Of a stretch of 64,000 bases of DNA, positions 58,462-64,000 are shown in pieces (the first letter of the stretch is position 1; every line of letters begins with the position of its first letter). Under the pieces are notes generated by a model. That model did no database searches. It had not been told where the DNA came from and worked only from the letters and a program-made list of their open reading frames with translations. Origin of the DNA: an uncultured Sphingorhabdus sp. (GTDB lineage: Bacteria > Pseudomonadota > Alphaproteobacteria > Sphingomonadales > Sphingomonadaceae); contig CAZQBS010000008.1 of NCBI GenBank assembly GCA_964591835.1, forward strand, positions 1,959 to 65,958. The letters run 5' to 3'. Made by a program: the position numbers and the translations under genes.

Positions 58462-59487
58462 TTAGCCGAGCCGGGCAGCAGCGCGCGCGATGCGGACGAG
58501 TTCCTCTTCCAGGATCACTTGGCCAAGGCCTTCCTTGACGGCCATCAATTTCGCCTCGATGTCGAGCAGATGGCCATTCAACCCGGACAGCCGAGCCGAC
58601 GGCCAGCGGCTGAGCTGACGGACGAAGCTGTCTGCTTCCTTATAGAATATCGAGCGCGTTGCTTTCACGACCGCGCCGGGGTTGGAACCCTGTTCGACCT
58701 TCGCACGCATTGAAGCGAGCATTCCGACCCTTCGCTGTAGCGCGCGGACAATGCGGATCGAATCAACCCCGACATCGCGCGCAGCGGCAAGTTCGATGCC
58801 GACCTTGCGCAACTCGCCGCTCATGATCTGGTTGATGAGGCCGCTGACATTCTCCTCGCCGGTTTCGGCCGATAGCGCTTCGAAAACCGCCGCTTCGACT
58901 GTCGCCGGTCGTTCGGGTGAGGCGTCATAATATAGCGCGAGCTTTTCGACTTCGGCGGCACCAAGCTTGCGGTCTTGCCCGGTGTAACGTGCAATCCGCG
59001 AAGCGAGCGCGCGGTCGAGCTTCAGGCCTTTGGTTGCTGCTGCCGCCATGATCGCCGCCGCTGCGTCGCCTTCTTCTGGCAAATAGCAGATATGCGCCAT
59101 TGCGCGCGGCGAACCCTCGGCCAGTTTGCGCAATTTGCTGGCCTTGGTCAAATTGCCTGCGGTCGCAATCACCGGGCTGCCTTCGCCCGCCATTTCGAGA
59201 AGGTTTTCGACCGCCTGCAACCCCTCTTCGCGGCGGAAACTAAGCCGCACGTAGCGTTTGTCGCCGAACAGGGACAATGCCGAGGCTTCATCGACGAGCA
59301 ATGCCGGGTCGCTTTTGATGCGCTCGCTGTCGATGTCGATGCGCTCGACGTTAGAACCCAATGCGGCGGCCATTTGCGAGGCGATATCGGCAATGGCCGA
59401 TTCGTCCTGACCGAAAATCAGGTAAAGGCGGATGTCAGGACGGGTATTCAGCGCCCCTATGAAGCTGCGCTCTTTCGGGCTGCTCAT
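58462..59487 (-). CDS. holA: DNA polymerase III delta subunit
   Basis: LYLIFGQDE, SLFGDKRYV and EVEKLALY; leuS-lptE-holA synteny. Confidence 0.88.
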   Translation of the reverse strand: MSSPKERSFIGALNTRPDIRLYLIFGQDESAIADIASQMAAALGSNVERIDIDSERIKSDPALLVDEASALSLFGDKRYVRLSFRREEGLQAVENLLEMAGEGSPVIATAGNLTKASKLRKLAEGSPRAMAHICYLPEEGDAAAAIMAAAATKGLKLDRALASRIARYTGQDRKLGAAEVEKLALYYDASPERPATVEAAVFEALSAETGEENVSGLINQIMSGELRKVGIELAAARDVGVDSIRIVRALQRRVGMLASMRAKVEQGSNPGAVVKATRSIFYKEADSFVRQLSRWPSARLSGLNGHLLDIEAKLMAVKEGLGQVILEEELVRIARAAARLG

Positions 59488-59984
59488 TCGCCGGGGGTGG
59501 CCTGCCGCGCATAGAGCGACAGGCGGGTAACGATCTGGTCGGCGACTCGCTGCGACAGATTTTCGAGCGCGCTGTTTTCGCCGGCAATCGTCGCATATTC
59601 CGATCCGACAACGTCGATACCGGAGTCCGAACAGGCGGTCGCATCGACAACCGTTGTTCCGGTCGCATTTTCGATCAATTGATAGCGCGCGCGCAGCGTC
59701 CGCCGCTCCCGGGTGATGGTGTCATCGGCGCGAACACCGAAGCCTTCGATATCGTCGTCTAGCGCCACCACCAGCCGGTAACGCGGGCCCTCCGCTCCCT
59801 CGCCGCGTAACCGGTCGTTCAGCGCAGTTCTTACAAGCCAGCCTGATTTGCCTTCGATGGGCTCGACCGAGACCGAACCGAGCGCCATCGCAACAGCTCC
59901 GGTCGAACCACCGCTATAGAGCGGCTGCAGGCCGCACGAGCCGAGCAACAGACTAAGGGCGGAAAAGACGAGTATGCGGATCAT
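59484..59984 (-). CDS. lptE: LPS assembly lipoprotein LptE
   Basis: Lipobox [10 protein letters not shown]; lies between leuS and holA. Confidence 0.85.
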   Translation of the reverse strand: MIRILVFSALSLLLGSCGLQPLYSGGSTGAVAMALGSVSVEPIEGKSGWLVRTALNDRLRGEGAEGPRYRLVVALDDDIEGFGVRADDTITRERRTLRARYQLIENATGTTVVDATACSDSGIDVVGSEYATIAGENSALENLSQRVADQIVTRLSLYARQATPGE

Positions 59985-62497
59985 AGAACGATATTGACCA
60001 ACCTGTCGGGCACGACGATGACCTTGCGGACCTCGGCCCCGTCAATCGCATGTTGGACTTTCTGGCTGGCAAGCGCAAGCGCCTGCAACTCGTTCTGGCC
60101 CAAGCCTTTGGCGACCGACAACGTATCGCGCAGCTTGCCCCTGACCTGAACCGCGATGGTGACTTCGCTCTCTACCAGCAACGCTGGGTCAACCTCGGGC
60201 CAAGCGGCGTTGGCAATCAGTCCTTCACCGCCCAGCTTTTCCCAGGCCTGCTCCGCCAGATGCGGGACCATCGGCGCAGAGAGCAGAACAATCGTCCGGA
60301 TTGCGGCATTACGGCTGGCGTTGGGTGCTGCTTTCTCGATCGCGTTGGCCAGATCGTAAATCTTGGCAATCGCCTTGTTGAACGCCAGCGCATCGATGTC
60401 TGCCGTTACCCCCGCAATCGCCTGATGCGTCTTGCGGTCGAGCACTGGGTCGGAGCCGTCCGCTTCGCTTGCCTGCCCGACCAACCGCCACAACCGCTGG
60501 ACGAAGCGCCAGCAGCCCTCGATACCGCTTTCCGACCATTCCAGATCGCGCTCGGGAGGACTGTCGGATAGCATGAACCAGCGCACCGCGTCGGCGCCAT
60601 ATTGGTCGACAATATCGTCGGGATCGACCACGTTTTTCTTCGACTTCGACATTTTCTCGATGCGGCCTGCTATGGCAGGCGCTCCGCTGTCGACGATGGT
60701 CCAGATATCGCCGTCGCGTTTTACCTGCTCGGGACTAAGCCAGCTTCCGTCGCCTGCCTGAAAGGTCTGGTGAGTCACCATGCCCTGCGTAAACAGCGAA
60801 GCGAAAGGCTCCTTCACGTCGATCATGCCGATATGGCTCAGCGCACGGGTCCAGAAACGAGCATAGAGTAGATGCAAAATCGCATGTTCGACACCACCGA
60901 TATACTGGCCAACGGGCAGCCATTTTTCCGCCGTTGCACGGTCGAACGGCTGGTCCTTCGGCTGGCTGGCGAAGCGGATGAAATACCAGCTCGAGTCCAC
61001 AAATGTGTCGAGCGTGTCGGTTTCGCGCCCCGCCGCCTGCCCGCATTTGGGGCAATCGACCTTGCTCCATGTTGGATGGCGGTCGAGCGGGTTGCCGGGG
61101 ATATCGAAGCTGACATCTTCGGGCAGAACTACGGGCAATTGCGCAACGGGCACTGGCACCGCGCCGCAAGCCTCGCAGTGGATGATCGGGATCGGCGTGC
61201 CCCAGTAACGCTGGCGGCTGACGCCCCAGTCGCGGAGGCGATATTGAGTCTGGCTTTCGCCCCAGCCTTCGGCCTCTGCCTTGGCGATGACGTCGGCCTT
61301 GGCCTCATCGACGGTCATACCGTTCAGGAAATGCGAATTCACGATTTTGCCGGGGCCGGTATAAGCGACATCGCCTTCGAAATCGCTGTCGTTCAGGCCG
61401 CCATCGGCCACGACACGGGTGACGCCGAGATCATATTTCCGCGCGAAATCGAGGTCGCGCTGGTCGTGAGCCGGACAACCGAAGACTGCACCGGTGCCGT
61501 AATCCATCAGCACGAAATTGGCGACATAAACGGGCAGATGCCAGCTGGCATCGAGCGGATGTTCGACCGACAGGCCGGTGTTGAAACCCATTTTCTCGGC
61601 GGTCTCGATATCCGCCGCCGTGGTCCCGCCCTTGCGGCACTGCTCGATAAACGCTTGCAATTCGGGCGCGTTTGCCGCCAATTTCTGAGCCACGGGATGG
61701 TCGGCGGCAATTGCGATAAAGCTTGCGCCGAACATCGTATCCGGACGCGTGGTGAAGACGTCGATGCCGTCGCTGGTTCCGGGAAAAGCAAAGCGGCATT
61801 TCAAACCCTGCGATCTGCCGATCCAGTTTTCCTGCATCAGCCTTACTTTGTCGGGCCATTTGTCGAGGGTGCCGAGGCCTTCGAGCAACTCTTCGGCAAA
61901 GTCGGTGATCTTCAAAAACCACTGGCTCAATTTGCGTCGCTCGACCGGCGCGCCCGAGCGCCAGCCTTTGCCGTCGATGACCTGCTCATTGGCAAGCACG
62001 GTCATATCGACCGGATCCCAGTTGACCGCCGATTCCTTGCGGTACACGAGGCCTGCCTTCAGCAGCGCGAGAAACAACGCCTGCTCATGCCCGTAATAAT
62101 CGGGCTCGCAGGTCGCCAGTTCGCGGGTCCAGTCGAAGGCGAAGCCGAGCCGCTTCAATTGAGCGCGCATGTTGGCGATGTTCTCGCGCGTCCAGCCACC
62201 GGGGTGAACGCCCTTTTCCATCGCGGCATTTTCGGCGGGCATCCCGAAGGCGTCCCAGCCCATCGGGTGCAATACTTCGTGGCCCGTCATCCGCTTGTAG
62301 CGCGCGATCACATCGCCCATCGTGTAGTTGCGGACATGGCCGATATGAATGCGCCCCGACGGATAGGGAAACATCTCAAGCACGAAGCTGCGTGGTTTGG
62401 GCGAATTGTCGTCGGCGACAAAAGTCGCCTGTTCATCCCAAATCTTCTGCCACCGCGCGTCGGCGACGTGCGGGTTGAAACGCTCCACGTCAGTCAT
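59981..62497 (-). CDS. leuS: Leucine--tRNA ligase
   Basis: [13 protein letters not shown] (HIGH), [27 protein letters not shown] and KMSKS. Confidence 0.97.
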   Translation of the reverse strand: MTDVERFNPHVADARWQKIWDEQATFVADDNSPKPRSFVLEMFPYPSGRIHIGHVRNYTMGDVIARYKRMTGHEVLHPMGWDAFGMPAENAAMEKGVHPGGWTRENIANMRAQLKRLGFAFDWTRELATCEPDYYGHEQALFLALLKAGLVYRKESAVNWDPVDMTVLANEQVIDGKGWRSGAPVERRKLSQWFLKITDFAEELLEGLGTLDKWPDKVRLMQENWIGRSQGLKCRFAFPGTSDGIDVFTTRPDTMFGASFIAIAADHPVAQKLAANAPELQAFIEQCRKGGTTAADIETAEKMGFNTGLSVEHPLDASWHLPVYVANFVLMDYGTGAVFGCPAHDQRDLDFARKYDLGVTRVVADGGLNDSDFEGDVAYTGPGKIVNSHFLNGMTVDEAKADVIAKAEAEGWGESQTQYRLRDWGVSRQRYWGTPIPIIHCEACGAVPVPVAQLPVVLPEDVSFDIPGNPLDRHPTWSKVDCPKCGQAAGRETDTLDTFVDSSWYFIRFASQPKDQPFDRATAEKWLPVGQYIGGVEHAILHLLYARFWTRALSHIGMIDVKEPFASLFTQGMVTHQTFQAGDGSWLSPEQVKRDGDIWTIVDSGAPAIAGRIEKMSKSKKNVVDPDDIVDQYGADAVRWFMLSDSPPERDLEWSESGIEGCWRFVQRLWRLVGQASEADGSDPVLDRKTHQAIAGVTADIDALAFNKAIAKIYDLANAIEKAAPNASRNAAIRTIVLLSAPMVPHLAEQAWEKLGGEGLIANAAWPEVDPALLVESEVTIAVQVRGKLRDTLSVAKGLGQNELQALALASQKVQHAIDGAEVRKVIVVPDRLVNIVL

Positions 62498-62503
62498 AAA
62501 AGC

Positions 62504-62935
62504 CTATCCGGTGATCGCAGTCCGGCGAAGATCGCGTGCCTTGGTGAGGATGATGCCTTCGAGTTTTTGCACCGTCGCGGCGCGCAAGGGAGCGGCCACC
62601 CACTGGCCGTTCTGCGAAACTTCGCGGCTACCGGCTACGCGCAGCGCATCGGCGCGCAAATCCTGGTCGAGGATCGAGACCGTCAGCTTGACGCGCTCGC
62701 CGGGGCTTTGCGGGTTTACATACCAGTCGGTGACGATCACTCCGCCTGCCGAATCGGTCTGCACCAGCGGCATGAACGACAGCGCGTCGAGTGACGCGCG
62801 CCACAAATAGCTGTTGACGCCGATAGTCGTAACCTGGCTCGCGGCGATGTCCGCTTCGGGACGCGCCTGATTGCCACAGGCCGACAGCAGCATGGTGCCG
62901 GAGGCGAGGATGAGGGCGAGGCGGGTGAAGCGCAT
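62504..62935 (-). CDS. DUF3576-family lipoprotein
   Basis: Lipobox LSAC, IGVNSYLWRASLD and GGVIVTDWY; upstream of leuS. Confidence 0.78.
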   Translation of the reverse strand: MRFTRLALILASGTMLLSACGNQARPEADIAASQVTTIGVNSYLWRASLDALSFMPLVQTDSAGGVIVTDWYVNPQSPGERVKLTVSILDQDLRADALRVAGSREVSQNGQWVAAPLRAATVQKLEGIILTKARDLRRTAITG

Positions 62936-63152
62936 AGATTGTCCTTGGGGCTGAGCTGTATCGAAAAGTCTCTATATCGGCTTTGCTGGCTTGGGCAAGC
63001 TTTCTGGCTGCTGAACCGGCGGCAGTAGACTGCAGCCAGAACCGCAATATGTGGACCTTATGCAACAGATTGCGAAAAAACGGGTTTATTTGGCCAAAGG
63101 TCTTTTGTGACAGGCAAATCAGGCGTATATCGGTTTTCAACAGGGAGTCGAA

Positions 63153-63917
63153 TTGACCATCGTCATGGCACTAAAACGATCATTCGGGCGGAAAAACGCC
63201 ACTTTTGCCGCTGCATTGCTGGCAACGGGGTCGCTTGTGCTGTCACCGATTGTTGCCCCGGCTTTCGCCGCAAAGTCGATTGGAAAGGCGCGCACCGCTT
63301 CGCAAAGCTGGCTGGGCACCTTTACTCCTGCTGGCGTTGACAGCAAGCTGGCTGCGAAATTTGCCGCGACCACACGCAGCGATGCGCGATTCCCGTTCAC
63401 GCCAGCCGGTGCTGACACGAACCGCAGCCGCACAATGACTGTTGCGGCGCGCACCGATTCGCCGATGGCGTCCGGTGCTGTTTCGGTTCGGAATGCGATC
63501 GGAGCGATCGAGCCCGGCGCGAACAAGTCCGTCCGTCTGGCTGTCACCGATTACCGTCTGACCGCATCGCGCGGTTGGCAGGGCTTTGCTTTGCCGTCGT
63601 TGCCGAAGCTTGCGGCACAGGTGCCGGTATCCGAATTGGGCAAGGGTAGCTTCCGGCTCGACGATAAAGCCAAGAAGCCGAGCAAATTCAGCACCAATAT
63701 CAAGCTTGACCAGAATTCCGAGGTTGCGCCACCGGCTCGTGGCAGCGCAGCGGCTGGCGATTACAAGCTCGATGTCGGCGGCAGCTTTTCGATCAGCCGC
63801 AAGATCGACGTGACCGCAGGCGTCCGCTACGCCAGCGAGCGTGACCGCGTCATTCCGGCAGCCGATGACCGCAAGGACAGCGAAGCCGTCTACGTCGGCA
63901 CCAAAATCCGCTTCTAA
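63153..63917 (+). CDS. Secreted hypothetical protein with C-terminal outer-membrane beta-strands
   Basis: RBS AGGGAG before the TTG start, signal peptide, C-terminus VYVGTKIRF (beta-signal-like, terminal Phe). Confidence 0.65.
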   Translation: MTIVMALKRSFGRKNATFAAALLATGSLVLSPIVAPAFAAKSIGKARTASQSWLGTFTPAGVDSKLAAKFAATTRSDARFPFTPAGADTNRSRTMTVAARTDSPMASGAVSVRNAIGAIEPGANKSVRLAVTDYRLTASRGWQGFALPSLPKLAAQVPVSELGKGSFRLDDKAKKPSKFSTNIKLDQNSEVAPPARGSAAAGDYKLDVGGSFSISRKIDVTAGVRYASERDRVIPAADDRKDSEAVYVGTKIRF

Positions 63918-63923
63918 ATTCGT

Positions 63924-64000
63924 TTAACGCCGAAACGCATCGATGGCGGCCCAGCCGTGGACGTGTAGCGCTGCGGCTTTCCGGGCGTCCATCCCGCCGA
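63924..64000 (-). CDS. 3' end of a thiamine-phosphate-synthase-like protein, truncated by the window edge
   Basis: The minus strand reads GGMDARKAAALHVHGWAAIDAFRR*, similar to ThiE/TenI C-termini. Confidence 0.55.
   Translation of the reverse strand, partial: GGMDARKAAALHVHGWAAIDAFRR

Overview
A GC-rich alphaproteobacterial chromosome segment. Gene content and order suggest Sphingomonadales; this is inference. It spans the probable replication origin between the PPDK-regulatory-protein gene and hemE (about 9.26-9.56 kb), the mnmE-mnmG-rsmG-parA-parB cluster with three parS sites, a TCA-cycle cluster (mdh, sucD, sucA, sucB, lpdA, sdhB), ftsK-lolA-xth-ribA and leuS-lptE-holA. Most of it is intact housekeeping DNA. 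I saw no CRISPR array, integrase, transposase or prophage. The main points of interest are: (1) a three-gene chaperone-usher-like surface-fibre locus built on a DUF4402-type subunit, with a second, orphan DUF4402 gene 38 kb away, both carrying CtrA-like motifs; (2) a shared ECF16/SigF-type promoter (GTAAC-N17-CGAA) in front of a cytochrome b/Tat-molybdoenzyme pair and in front of a small-ORF/lipoprotein-MsrA pair; (3) a candidate small RNA between lolA and xth and a structured leader upstream of the SleB-family hydrolase; (4) a PIN/RHH toxin-antitoxin module with its own promoter and operator inside the mdh-sucD operon; (5) two different REP-like palindromes. Protein family calls come from recognising motifs in the translations, not from database searches. 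Start codons were re-chosen by eye where the ORF track overshoots.
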